A DNA stretch of 64,000 nt from an uncultured Eubacteriales bacterium. Its GTDB lineage: Bacteria; Bacillota; Clostridia; Oscillospirales; Acutalibacteraceae. The DNA lies in NCBI GenBank assembly GCA_934486635.1, contig CAKSPZ010000003.1, positions 117,987 through 181,986 on the forward strand, in the 5' to 3' direction. Position numbers and translations under genes: made by a program. Below, one piece after another: positions 18,794-28,693 of the stretch; within the stretch, counting starts at the first letter, position 1, and every line of letters starts with the position of its first letter. The notes under the pieces were generated by a model. The model saw nothing but the letters and a program-made list of their open reading frames with translations, was not told where the DNA came from and did not search any database.

Positions 18794-19470
18794 TATTTTA
18801 TATCCTCTTTTTTTATTATATTAAAGTTTTTATTTTTGTCAGCAGTCATAATGAAAACATCATTTATATCAATATTTTTCTCTCTTAAAATCTTTTTTAC
18901 CCACGATTCAGATAATTTACACAAAGACAAAGAAAATTCTGAAATCTCACCATCACTAATCACAACAGTTTCAATTCCATTATCAGGTGGATTTATACCA
19001 AGCATACCAGCATCTACTTGCTGTTTGCTTGGTTTTTTCATTATGCTCATTTTTCCGTTGGTTTCAACAATTGCAAAAGCTATATCTTCTAAATTAAATA
19101 TGTCTAACTGTCTTAATTGTTCAGATAAATCTTCTGTGCTCATTCTTAAATCTTTCATTGACTTTTGGTCTATTTTCCCATCATTAATAACAACCACAGG
19201 GCGTCCACAAATAAATCTTCTGAATTTTCCGCTTTTTAACATTATAGTGGATAGAACTATTTCGCAAACAACTAAAATGATAATAGGTATAAGACCACTA
19301 AATATCGGAATTCCAGAGTCTTGCATAGGAATAGATGCAATATCTGAAATAAGCAGTGTAACTACTAATTCAGATGTTTGTAGTTCGCTAATTTGTCTTT
19401 TTCCCATAAGTCTTATTGCTAAAATAATGATTACATATAAAAGTATTGTTCTTATTAATGAAACTATCAT
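18793..19470 (-). CDS. DUF421 / YetF-family membrane protein
   Basis: N-terminus MIVSLIRTILLYVIIILAIRLMGKRQISELQTSELVVTLLISDIA matches the YetF/YdfS (DUF421) pattern. C-terminal soluble domain. Confidence 0.8.
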   Translation of the reverse strand: MIVSLIRTILLYVIIILAIRLMGKRQISELQTSELVVTLLISDIASIPMQDSGIPIFSGLIPIIILVVCEIVLSTIMLKSGKFRRFICGRPVVVINDGKIDQKSMKDLRMSTEDLSEQLRQLDIFNLEDIAFAIVETNGKMSIMKKPSKQQVDAGMLGINPPDNGIETVVISDGEISEFSLSLCKLSESWVKKILREKNIDINDVFIMTADKNKNFNIIKKEDIK

Positions 19471-19571
19471 AATTTATCACCATTTTTATTTTGAGCAAAA
19501 TTTATGTAAATATACAAATTTTGTATAAACTATAGAAAATATGTAAATCATTAATTTAGGAGATGAAAAAG

Positions 19572-21092
19572 ATGTTTAATATATTAAAAAAGTTATCTTT
19601 ACAATATAAAGATACTGATGAAAATAACTACAAAAAAGAAAAGAAAAAACAAAGTTTATCCGCTTCGTTAGAAAAAAATATAGATTATTTTAAAAATTCG
19701 TTTGATAATAGCTCTGATTTGACAATAAGACAAATAAAAATTTCAGGAACAAATGCTGCAATTATTACTATAGAAGGTATGATAAATAAAGAAACATTTG
19801 CCAGTAGTGTCATGAATCCTATTGTTTATGCCTTTTGTAAAGAAAATTTATCAAGTGATGAAAAATATATCTATATAAAAAATAATATAATAACAGCTAG
19901 TGAACAAACAGATGTGTTAACTTTTGAGGATGCTTTTAAATTAGTAATGTCAGGATTTGCATTGTTATTATTTGATGGTTGTACAAAAGCTTTAGCAGTG
20001 GGTGTGCAAGGATTTAATTTTAGAAGCATCGCGGAACCTGAAACTGAAGTTATGCAAAAAGGTTCGAAAGAAGGTTTTGTTGAAGCATTAAGAATAAATG
20101 TTACTTTAATTAGAAGAAGGATTAAAAATCCAAAACTAAAATTTGAATTTTTGTCTACAGGTGAAACAAGCAAAACAGATATATGTTTATGCTATATAAA
20201 TGGAATTGTGTCAAAAAAAATTCTAGCTGAACTGAAAAAACGTATTTCTAAAATAAATCTCAATGAAGTTTTGGCATCTGAGTATTTAGCTCCTTATTTA
20301 GAAGAAAAAGGTGATTTATCTTTTTTTAGTTCAGTGGGTTTTTCTGAAAGACCAGATACTGTTTGTGGAAAAATTTCAGAGGGAAGAATAGCTATTTTAG
20401 TTGATGGAACTCCCACCGCAATAATTGTTCCGTATTTGTTTATTGAATATTTTCAAACTATTGACGATTATGCCCAAAAACCTTATTTTGCAACTTTAAC
20501 ACGGTGGTTAAAATATATTTCATTTTTTATTTCAACACTTTTACCGGGATTATATGTAGCATTATCTGTTTTTAATCCAGAAGTATTTCCAGATAGATTA
20601 ATAAGCAAGATTGCAATTGCCGTTGCTGGAACACCTTTTCCGGTTATGTTAGAAACACTTATCATTCATTTTATATATGAAATAATGAGAGAAGCAGGTT
20701 TACGTTTACCCAGACCACTTGGGCATGCAGTAAGTATAGTTGGAGCATTAGTTATAGGAGAAACCGCTGTAAATGCAGGTTTAATTGGTGCACCTACTCT
20801 GATGGTCGTAGCTTTAACAGCAATATCTTCTTATGTGATACCAAACTTGTATGAGCCAACTGCAATATTAAGATTAATATTTATTTTGGTAGGTGGAATT
20901 CTTGGTATATGGGGAGTAATGTTGTTATTTTCTGTATTAATTGTGAATATTTGTACAAAAACCAATTTTGGAATACCATTTGTTGCTCCAATAGCACCAT
21001 TTAACCTTTACAGCATGCGTGATGTTATTATACGTGCTGGTTGGAGGACTCTATCTAAAAAAACTGAAAAAATACAAGATATGCCTCATTAA
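19572..21092 (+). CDS. Spore germination protein, GerA-family A subunit
   Basis: About 500 aa. A soluble N-terminal half is followed by 5-6 TM segments, the typical GerAA/GerKA architecture. ATG 19572 is better spaced from AGGAG than the track ATG at 19563. Confidence 0.88.
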   Translation: MFNILKKLSLQYKDTDENNYKKEKKKQSLSASLEKNIDYFKNSFDNSSDLTIRQIKISGTNAAIITIEGMINKETFASSVMNPIVYAFCKENLSSDEKYIYIKNNIITASEQTDVLTFEDAFKLVMSGFALLLFDGCTKALAVGVQGFNFRSIAEPETEVMQKGSKEGFVEALRINVTLIRRRIKNPKLKFEFLSTGETSKTDICLCYINGIVSKKILAELKKRISKINLNEVLASEYLAPYLEEKGDLSFFSSVGFSERPDTVCGKISEGRIAILVDGTPTAIIVPYLFIEYFQTIDDYAQKPYFATLTRWLKYISFFISTLLPGLYVALSVFNPEVFPDRLISKIAIAVAGTPFPVMLETLIIHFIYEIMREAGLRLPRPLGHAVSIVGALVIGETAVNAGLIGAPTLMVVALTAISSYVIPNLYEPTAILRLIFILVGGILGIWGVMLLFSVLIVNICTKTNFGIPFVAPIAPFNLYSMRDVIIRAGWRTLSKKTEKIQDMPH

Positions 21093-21108
21093 ATTAAGGA
21101 GACTATAT

Positions 21109-22194
21109 ATGGAAAGAAAAAATATAATAACTACACCCCAGATGTTTTCTTTATTATTTTTATGTAATATCATAGTTGGAATAACATATAACTTACCAAT
21201 GTCAAAAAGCAGTAATATGTGGGACCATATAATTTCAGCTTTAATAGCATTGCTTATAAATTTTATTATTATAATTCCAAACTATAAACTTTATAAGATA
21301 AATCCAACTATGAATATAGCAGATACATGTGCTGTTAATTTTAATAAATTTGGTATTTTTCTTCTTATAATATATGGATTATATTATCTTTTTGCAGGAT
21401 GTTATACTTTATCCCTTTTTAATATATTTGTAAAAGACGTAGTTAATCCAGAAATATCAATGTTTACATTGACTTTATGTGTTATTTTAGCTTCTTCGTA
21501 TGCAGCAAGTAAAGGTATAGAAGGGTTAGCTAGGTCTTGCACGATAATATTATTTATTATTTGTATTGCGATAATTTTTATTATATTTACACTTGTTCCC
21601 CAAATTAATATAATGAATTACTCTCCGTTATTATACAATGGTTTCAAAGATGCGGCAAATGGAGTTATTTATTTAGTTTCGTTATCATTTTATATTCCTT
21701 TATTTTCAATTGTTGCTCCATTTGCAAAAGGGAATATAAAAAAGATTTTACTTACTACTTGTACGTTTATTTATATTTTTTTTATTTTGGTAGTAGTTGT
21801 TGTAACTGGTTCAATGGGAGAATATTTGAAAACACAAAGTTTTCCGATTTATAGTGCGACTAGTGTAGCTGAAATAGGTGTATTTAGAAGACTTGACGCA
21901 ATTTATTTAGGTATATTTACATCTGGACTTTTTATTATGATTTCGTTATTTTTATTTGCTTTTTTTCTGGTAATGAAGCGGATTTTTGGTGAAAAAAAGG
22001 GGAAAATAATTATTTTTGCAGGCGACTTAATTGTGTTAATTATCAGTATGATTTTACCACAGTTTCAAAATATATCATATGTTTTTTACGACATGAACTT
22101 TATATTAATTTTTACTATTATAACTTCATTTGTTATACCTCTTATACTTTTGATAAAACACAGAATTCAAATGAAAAGAGGTGAAAGTAAGTGA
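21109..22194 (+). CDS. Spore germination protein, GerA-family B subunit (APC-superfamily permease-like)
   Basis: 10-TM protein starting MERKNIITTPQMFSLLF (characteristic GerAB N-terminus). AAGGAG RBS. The track ORF start at 21019 is an upstream extension overlapping the A subunit. Confidence 0.88.
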   Translation: MERKNIITTPQMFSLLFLCNIIVGITYNLPMSKSSNMWDHIISALIALLINFIIIIPNYKLYKINPTMNIADTCAVNFNKFGIFLLIIYGLYYLFAGCYTLSLFNIFVKDVVNPEISMFTLTLCVILASSYAASKGIEGLARSCTIILFIICIAIIFIIFTLVPQINIMNYSPLLYNGFKDAANGVIYLVSLSFYIPLFSIVAPFAKGNIKKILLTTCTFIYIFFILVVVVVTGSMGEYLKTQSFPIYSATSVAEIGVFRRLDAIYLGIFTSGLFIMISLFLFAFFLVMKRIFGEKKGKIIIFAGDLIVLIISMILPQFQNISYVFYDMNFILIFTIITSFVIPLILLIKHRIQMKRGESK

Positions 22195-23297
22195 AAAAAA
22201 TAATTTTAATTTTACTTTTTATAGGATTAAGTTGTTCTATTTCAGGCTGTACCAATGTGTCAGGTTTAGATGAGCAATTAATAATAAACTCAATAGGTGT
22301 TGATAAAAATGAAAATGTATACGAATTAACGATACAATTTCTAAATATAGATAATTCATCTCAAGAAGAGACAGAAGGAGCTAGTACAACTCTTAGTATG
22401 ACAACAACAGGAGATACACTATTAGAGGCTTTAAATAATGTACAAAATCAAACTGGCAAAAAATTATTGTATTCACATGCATTAATATTAGTAATTGGTA
22501 ATGATACTGCCAAAATGGGGATAAATAATATTATAGATTTCTTTGCAACTAACCATAAATTAAGACCTACAGTTGAAGTATTAATATCAAATACTTCTGC
22601 AAAGAATTTATTATCAGCAGAGATAAATGATAAGCTTATTAATGCAGAAGATATATTGTCAATTTCAAATACTTTTAAAAATGGTTATAATGGAATGAAT
22701 TCGAATATAAGATATATATTAAAAGACAGCAAAAGTAATCTTAATCAAGATATAAAGATTTGGTATATAGAATTGGATGAAAACAGCAATATATATTGTA
22801 AGAAAATAGCTATATTTAAAGATTACAAATTAACTTATGTTTTAAACGAAGATGAAACTAAAGGCTTATTTTTAATTTTAGGACATACTAAAAATATTTC
22901 TGATAAAATCATTATAGATGATAAGACTGTTTCCTATTATATAAATAATGTAAAATCCAACATCTCTGTAAAAATAGAAAATGAAATCCCAATATTTAAT
23001 ATAGATATTAATGTACAGGCAGATATATATGATATTGAAAATAATGAAAATAGTAAAACATCTGTTAATGAAAGATTAATGGATTTAATTAATAACACGA
23101 TAGATATATGTGTAAGAAAATATAAATGTGATATTTTAAATTTTAATAAATATATTATGAATTATGACTCTAATTATTATAAGTCTAATGAGAATAATAT
23201 AGAAAATATTTTGTGTCAAGCTAGGTTTAATATAAAACCTAATGTAAAAGTTAAAAATATGGGGCCAAATCAAAAAATAAGTAATTTGGTTTATTAA
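22191..23297 (+). CDS. Spore germination lipoprotein, Ger(x)C family
   Basis: Lipobox LSCSISGC. 4-nt overlap with the B subunit. Size and position complete an A-B-C germinant receptor operon. Confidence 0.88.
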   Translation: MKKIILILLFIGLSCSISGCTNVSGLDEQLIINSIGVDKNENVYELTIQFLNIDNSSQEETEGASTTLSMTTTGDTLLEALNNVQNQTGKKLLYSHALILVIGNDTAKMGINNIIDFFATNHKLRPTVEVLISNTSAKNLLSAEINDKLINAEDILSISNTFKNGYNGMNSNIRYILKDSKSNLNQDIKIWYIELDENSNIYCKKIAIFKDYKLTYVLNEDETKGLFLILGHTKNISDKIIIDDKTVSYYINNVKSNISVKIENEIPIFNIDINVQADIYDIENNENSKTSVNERLMDLINNTIDICVRKYKCDILNFNKYIMNYDSNYYKSNENNIENILCQARFNIKPNVKVKNMGPNQKISNLVY

Positions 23298-23312
23298 AAC
23301 TTTTTCATTTTC

Positions 23313-23341
23313 TTGAAAAAGGTATCTAGTTACGTTATAAT
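23313..23341 (+). promoter_or_regulatory. Sigma-A type promoter (TTGAAA-17-TATAAT) upstream of hprK
   Basis: TTGAAA 23313-23318, 17-nt spacer, TATAAT 23336-23341. Confidence 0.55.
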
Positions 23342-23397
23342 GAAACTATAAAATACATTTTTGTAAATTATAATGTAGATAGGTGGTTGAGTTTTAC

Positions 23398-24366
23398 ATG
23401 CCAAATAAATTTACAGTATCCTTAACCAGTATTATAAATGAATTATCATTAAATATTGTATTTATGCCTGAAGACCCTAATAAAATTTTAATTTCTTCTA
23501 AGGATGTAAATAGACTGGGTTTAGAATTAACAGGATTTTTTGATTCATTTGATAACAAAAGACTAGTGGTAATTGGAAGAACAGAACATTTGTATCTTTC
23601 TGGACTTGAGAGTAAAGAAAGGTATAGAATTTTAGACTCTATTTTTTCTCATAATCCACCTGCTGTTATAATAACAAGAGATATAGAGCCTTCTCCTGAA
23701 TTTGTATCCGCGGCTAAAAAAAATTTTATACCCGTACTTAGAACTTCAGTAAGTACATCTGTTTTTTTACCTAATATAATAGAATACCTTGATGTTAAAT
23801 TAGCTCCTCGTATTACAAGGCATGGCGTTTTGCTTGAAGTATATGGTCAAGGTGTATTCATTACAGGTAATAGCGGCGTCGGTAAAAGTGAAACGGCTAT
23901 TGAATTGATACAAAGAGGACACAGGCTTATAGCCGATGATGCAGTTCAAATAAGAAAAATAAATGAAAAAACTTTAACTGGCTCTGCACCTAAAAATATA
24001 CGTCACTTTATTGAGCTTCGTGGTATTGGGATTATAAATGCCAGACGGATATTTGGAATGGGTGCTGTAAAAGTAACACAAGATATTGATATGGTTATCA
24101 ATCTTGAAATATGGGATAGTAAAAAAATATATGATAGAATTGGTATGGAAAATGAGTACACAGAAATATTAGGTGTTCAAGTACCAATCGTGACTATACC
24201 AGTAAAACCAGGACGAAATTTATCTATAATAATAGAAGTAGCTGCGATGAACAACAGACAAAAAAAGATGGGCTATAATGCTGCTAAAGAACTTCTTGAC
24301 TGTTTAGGTATGGATTATTCCGGGGAAGATAGTGTCACAGATAATCAGATTACACTAGATATATAA
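23398..24366 (+). CDS. hprK: HPr kinase/phosphorylase
   Basis: Walker A GNSGVGKSETAIELI and the downstream LIADD and ELRGIGIIN motifs. Confidence 0.95.
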   Translation: MPNKFTVSLTSIINELSLNIVFMPEDPNKILISSKDVNRLGLELTGFFDSFDNKRLVVIGRTEHLYLSGLESKERYRILDSIFSHNPPAVIITRDIEPSPEFVSAAKKNFIPVLRTSVSTSVFLPNIIEYLDVKLAPRITRHGVLLEVYGQGVFITGNSGVGKSETAIELIQRGHRLIADDAVQIRKINEKTLTGSAPKNIRHFIELRGIGIINARRIFGMGAVKVTQDIDMVINLEIWDSKKIYDRIGMENEYTEILGVQVPIVTIPVKPGRNLSIIIEVAAMNNRQKKMGYNAAKELLDCLGMDYSGEDSVTDNQITLDI

Positions 24367-24385
24367 AATTAGGAAGGAAATTTAT

Positions 24386-25117
24386 ATGGAAATAATTGCA
24401 GATATGCATTGCCATACTATAGCATCTACTCATGCATATAGTACTATAGAAGAAATGATAAAAAGAGCATCGGAAAAAGGTTTGTATGCAATAGGAATAA
24501 CCGACCATGCAAGAGCAATGCCAGGAGCACCTGGAAAGTGGTATTTTGAAAATATGGGAAATGTTATTCCTGAAGTCTTAGACGGGGTTAGAGTTATAAA
24601 AGGTATAGAAACCAATGTAATTGATTACGAAGGAAATTTAGACACTGATGAAATTACTCTTAATCGTCTTGAATGGGTAATAGCCTCTATGCACGAAATT
24701 ACACTTAAGCCAAATTATGATAAAGACAGATGCACAAATGCTTGGCTTAATGTTGCTAAAAACCCATATGTTAATGTGATTGGGCATAGTGGCGCAGTTG
24801 AATTTGAGTTTAACTATGAAAAGGTTATTCCTGAGTTTGGCAGAAACGGTAAATTAGTTGAGATAAATAATAAATCATTTCAAGCTAGAAGTGAAGGAGT
24901 AAAGAATTGTAAAAAAATTGCTGAACTATGTAAAAAGTATTCAGTCAATGTGATTTTAGACTCAGATTCTCATTTTTCCTTACAAGTTGGAGTAGTAAAT
25001 GATGCAATAAGACTTTTAGAGGAAATTAATTTTCCTGAAGAATTAATAATAAATTCAAGCAAAACCAGATTTAATAAATACTTATGTGAGAATGGAATAA
25101 AAATTTATAATAATTAA
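24386..25117 (+). CDS. PHP-domain phosphatase (YcdX-like)
   Basis: MEIIADMHCHTIASTHA (HxH), ITDHA, HSG and SDSH motifs of the PHP metal-dependent phosphoesterase fold. Confidence 0.8.
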   Translation: MEIIADMHCHTIASTHAYSTIEEMIKRASEKGLYAIGITDHARAMPGAPGKWYFENMGNVIPEVLDGVRVIKGIETNVIDYEGNLDTDEITLNRLEWVIASMHEITLKPNYDKDRCTNAWLNVAKNPYVNVIGHSGAVEFEFNYEKVIPEFGRNGKLVEINNKSFQARSEGVKNCKKIAELCKKYSVNVILDSDSHFSLQVGVVNDAIRLLEEINFPEELIINSSKTRFNKYLCENGIKIYNN

Positions 25118-25140
25118 ACGTAAATGATTGTGGAGGCAAT

Positions 25141-26061
25141 ATGTGCAATTATGAAAAACTTAAAAAAATTATATCTTACAGTAGTTTAAAAATGTTATTA
25201 GATGAACCTATGTCAAAACATACTACCTTCAAAATAGGTGGAAATTCTGATATATTTATATATGTAAATAATATTGATGAACTTTCTAAATTAATAAATA
25301 TTTTAAATAGTAATAAGATTCCTTATCTTACAATTGGTAATGGTTCTAATTTGTTAATAAGTGACTTTGGAATAGAAGGTGCTGTTATAAAACTTGAAGG
25401 AGAATTTAAGGAAATAAAATTAATTGATGAAGATACTATAGAATGTGGAGCAGGAGTATCTTTAGCAAAATTGTGTATATTTGCTCAAAAAAATTCTCTT
25501 TCTGGGTTAGAGTTCGCATATGGAATTCCTGGGACTGTAGGTGGAGCAGTGTATATGAATGCAGGTGCATATGGAGGAGAAATTAAAGATAGTATTCTTT
25601 CTGTCAGTAGTATAACTGTAACTGGTAAAAAAAATTGTACTGAAAAGGATTTTATGGATTTATCTTACCGACACAGTATATATCAAAATAACGGAGATAT
25701 AATAGTCTCTGCTAGATTTAAGTTGAAAAAAAGTAATCCTTTACATATAAGAGAAAAAATGGACGAATATATGTCAAAAAGAAAAGAAAAACAGCCACTT
25801 GAATATCCTAGTGCTGGAAGTGTATTTAAAAGACCAGTTGGAAATTATGCTGGGACACTTATTCAAACTTGTGGTCTTAAAGGCAAAATTATTGGTGGTG
25901 CAATGGTAAGTACAAAACATGCGGGTTTTATTATAAATAAATCAAATGCATCTTGTCAAAATGTAATTGACTTAATTGACCATATTAAAGCTGTAGTCTT
26001 AGAAAATACAGGTATAGCTCTTGAATGTGAAATAAAAGCAATAGGCAAAAATATTACTTAA
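25141..26061 (+). CDS. murB: UDP-N-acetylenolpyruvoylglucosamine reductase
   Basis: [27 protein letters not shown] and SAGSVFKRP motifs. Confidence 0.95.
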   Translation: MCNYEKLKKIISYSSLKMLLDEPMSKHTTFKIGGNSDIFIYVNNIDELSKLINILNSNKIPYLTIGNGSNLLISDFGIEGAVIKLEGEFKEIKLIDEDTIECGAGVSLAKLCIFAQKNSLSGLEFAYGIPGTVGGAVYMNAGAYGGEIKDSILSVSSITVTGKKNCTEKDFMDLSYRHSIYQNNGDIIVSARFKLKKSNPLHIREKMDEYMSKRKEKQPLEYPSAGSVFKRPVGNYAGTLIQTCGLKGKIIGGAMVSTKHAGFIINKSNASCQNVIDLIDHIKAVVLENTGIALECEIKAIGKNIT

Positions 26062-26075
26062 AAAGGTGATGAGTT

Positions 26076-26939
26076 ATGGAGTTTCTTATTGTTACAGGAT
26101 TATCCGGTGCAGGTAAAACAAGAACTATACATGCTCTTGAAGATATCGGGTTCTATTGTGTGGATAATATACCCACCAAGCTAATTAGTACATTTTATGA
26201 TTTATGCCAAAAATCATCAGATCAAAATATGAAAAGAGTAGCTGTAGTGGTAGATATAAGAGGCGAAAATTTTATTGATGGATCTTTTAAAATTATTGAA
26301 CAATTAAAAAACAATAATAAAGATTATAGAATTTTATTTCTTGATGCTCGTGATAATATTTTAATTCGTAGATTTAAAGAAACCAGACGAAAACACCCCC
26401 TTGCTGAAAATTATAATGGCTCTATACAAAAAGCAGTTCAATTTGAGAGAGAAATCTTAACTCCAATAAAAAATAATGCAGATTATTTAATTGATACATC
26501 TTTTCTTTCTCCTGCACAGTTAAAAGAAAGGTTATCATCGTTGTTCCTTGCGGATTCATCAAACGCATTAATGATTACTTGTATGTCTTTTGGTTTTAAA
26601 TATGGAATACCAACTGAAGCAGATTTAGTATTAGATGTGAGATGTTTGCCTAATCCTTATTATATTGAAGAATTAAAAGATTTGACTGGTCTTGATGAAC
26701 CAGTATATGATTACGTCATGAAATGGGAGCAAACACAAGAACTAACTAAAAGAATAGTCTCTCTTATTGACTATGTTTTACCACTTTATTGTAACGAAGG
26801 AAAAAGTCAGCTTGTAATTGCAATAGGTTGTACAGGTGGACACCATAGATCAGTAGCATTAACTCAGTTTTTGTATAACCATCTTCAAAATGAAAAGCAG
26901 AATACCCTTATTAATCATAGGGATATAAATAAAAATTAA
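26076..26939 (+). CDS. rapZ: RNase adapter protein RapZ (YvcJ family P-loop protein)
   Basis: MEFLIVTGLSGAGKT P-loop. C-terminal GCTGGHHRSV motif. Confidence 0.93.
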   Translation: MEFLIVTGLSGAGKTRTIHALEDIGFYCVDNIPTKLISTFYDLCQKSSDQNMKRVAVVVDIRGENFIDGSFKIIEQLKNNNKDYRILFLDARDNILIRRFKETRRKHPLAENYNGSIQKAVQFEREILTPIKNNADYLIDTSFLSPAQLKERLSSLFLADSSNALMITCMSFGFKYGIPTEADLVLDVRCLPNPYYIEELKDLTGLDEPVYDYVMKWEQTQELTKRIVSLIDYVLPLYCNEGKSQLVIAIGCTGGHHRSVALTQFLYNHLQNEKQNTLINHRDINKN

Positions 26940-26940
26940 A

Positions 26941-26975
26941 TTAAAGGGTGATTAAATCACCCTTTAAATTTTATA
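26941..26975 (+). terminator. Hairpin with T-tract between rapZ and whiA
   Basis: Stem TTAAAGGGTGAT / ATCACCCTTTAA with a 3-nt loop, followed by ATTTTAT. Confidence 0.6.
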
Positions 26976-26993
26976 TGTGAAGGGTGATAAAGT

Positions 26994-27890
26994 ATGTCTT
27001 TTTCATCTAAAGTTAAAGATGAATTATGTAAAAACAGCAGAAGTAATGATTTTATAATATCTCAGTTATACGGTATATTGTTATTTTCACATAGTTTTAA
27101 ATCAAGTAATATATCTGTTTACAATGAAAATAAAAATATCTGTGAACTTGTTAAAGATATGATAATAAAAAATTTTGAATGTATAGTAGATTTGATTTTT
27201 ATAAATAATAACAAAACTATATTAGAAGTTCCTGACGAAAATGACAGAATAAAAATCTTAGAAAAATTTGGCCATAAGCCAAATGAAATTAATTTAAAAA
27301 TAAACAAAAAAATATTAAAATCTAATAATGACATAAAATTATTTTTAAGTGGAGCATTTATGTCATGTGGAACCATTACCAACCCAAATAATGGATATCA
27401 TTTAGAGTTTTCAATTCCATTTATGAATCTTTCAAAAGATTTATATGAATTACTTATATCAATAAAGAATCTAAAGATAAAAGTAAAGACAACAGTCAGA
27501 AAAGGAAATTTTATAATATATATAAAAGATAGTGAAGATATAACCGATTTTTTGGCGTACATAGGAGCTTCATCCAGTGCTATGGAAATGATTCAAATAA
27601 AAATGATGAAAGAAGTAAGAAATTATGTAAATAGAACCACTAATTTTGAAACTGCAAATATGAATAAAACAGCAAATGCTGCTGCTTTACAAATAGAAGC
27701 AATTAATGAATTAAAGAAAAAAGGAATATTTTCTTGTTTAGATGATGATTTAAAGGAATTAGCTCAACTAAGAATTAATAATCCTGATATGTCTTTAAGG
27801 CAACTTGGAGAAAATTTATCTGTACCACTTACAAGATCTGGCGTTAATCATAAAATTAAAAAAATTCTTAATATATATTATAATATATGA
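26994..27890 (+). CDS. whiA: DNA-binding protein WhiA
   Basis: MSFSSKVKDEL start, degenerate LAGLIDADG core (FLSGAFMSCGTI) and C-terminal HTH (LSVPLTRSGVNHKIKKI). Confidence 0.93.
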   Translation: MSFSSKVKDELCKNSRSNDFIISQLYGILLFSHSFKSSNISVYNENKNICELVKDMIIKNFECIVDLIFINNNKTILEVPDENDRIKILEKFGHKPNEINLKINKKILKSNNDIKLFLSGAFMSCGTITNPNNGYHLEFSIPFMNLSKDLYELLISIKNLKIKVKTTVRKGNFIIYIKDSEDITDFLAYIGASSSAMEMIQIKMMKEVRNYVNRTTNFETANMNKTANAAALQIEAINELKKKGIFSCLDDDLKELAQLRINNPDMSLRQLGENLSVPLTRSGVNHKIKKILNIYYNI

Positions 27891-27946
27891 TTTAAAACTG
27901 TCCTAAAATTTATTCACCTGCATAGAAATTACTATGGGGTGATATT

Positions 27947-28669
27947 TTGAAAAGATTAAAAAATGATTTTTTATTTTATTCTATAGTTTTAGGTGGATAT
28001 ATAATTTTTTCAATACTTATTGTAAATGCTTACTTTTTAAGGTCTTCTCAACAAGCATTATCAGGCTCTGGTTCATATTTTCCAAATATAATAATTGATG
28101 CTGGACATGGTGGCGTAGATAGTGGAGCAGTAGGTATCAATAATATTTTAGAAAAAGACATAAATTTAAGTATAGCATTAAATCTTAGAGATTTACTTAA
28201 AGCAAGTGGATTTAATGTGAAAATGACAAGGGAAAGCGATATATCAATACATAATAATGATTCAACAACGATAAGAAGTAAAAAAGTTTCTGATCTTAAC
28301 AACAGATTAGAAATGATAAATGCAGATTCTAATAATTTACTAATAAGTATACATCAAAATAAATTTGAAGATAGCAAATATAAAGGTGCTCAAGTTTTCT
28401 ATTCAAAAAACAATTCACTTAGTAAAGAATTAGCACAAAGCATACGATCATCTTTTAAAGCATTACTTCAAAAGGATAACAATAGAGAAATAAAACCTTC
28501 TCCTTCTGGAGTATTTATTTTAAATAAGTCTCAAGTTCCATCTGTAATAATAGAATGCGGTTTTTTGTCTAATCAAGAAGATGTTAAAAATTTGAATGAT
28601 GAATTATATCAAAAAAAAGTAGCCTTTTCAATTTATTGTGGATTTATTGATTATTGGCGTAAATCATAA
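27947..28669 (+). CDS. cwlD: N-acetylmuramoyl-L-alanine amidase, CwlD-like (germination-specific)
   Basis: N-terminal TM plus an Amidase_3 domain (IIIDAGHGGVDSGAVG ... ISIHQN ... ECGFLSN). About 240 aa, typical of CwlD. Confidence 0.8.
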   Translation: MKRLKNDFLFYSIVLGGYIIFSILIVNAYFLRSSQQALSGSGSYFPNIIIDAGHGGVDSGAVGINNILEKDINLSIALNLRDLLKASGFNVKMTRESDISIHNNDSTTIRSKKVSDLNNRLEMINADSNNLLISIHQNKFEDSKYKGAQVFYSKNNSLSKELAQSIRSSFKALLQKDNNREIKPSPSGVFILNKSQVPSVIIECGFLSNQEDVKNLNDELYQKKVAFSIYCGFIDYWRKS

Positions 28670-28693
28670 AATAATTAATGGAGGAAAAATAAA

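Noticed and set aside
18836-19528. 230-aa plus-strand ORF fully antisense to the DUF421 gene
   Set aside because: It has no RBS and a low-complexity Ser/Ile/Phe-rich translation, typical of the antisense frame of an AT-rich gene. The minus-strand gene has a clear family match and translational coupling to its neighbour.
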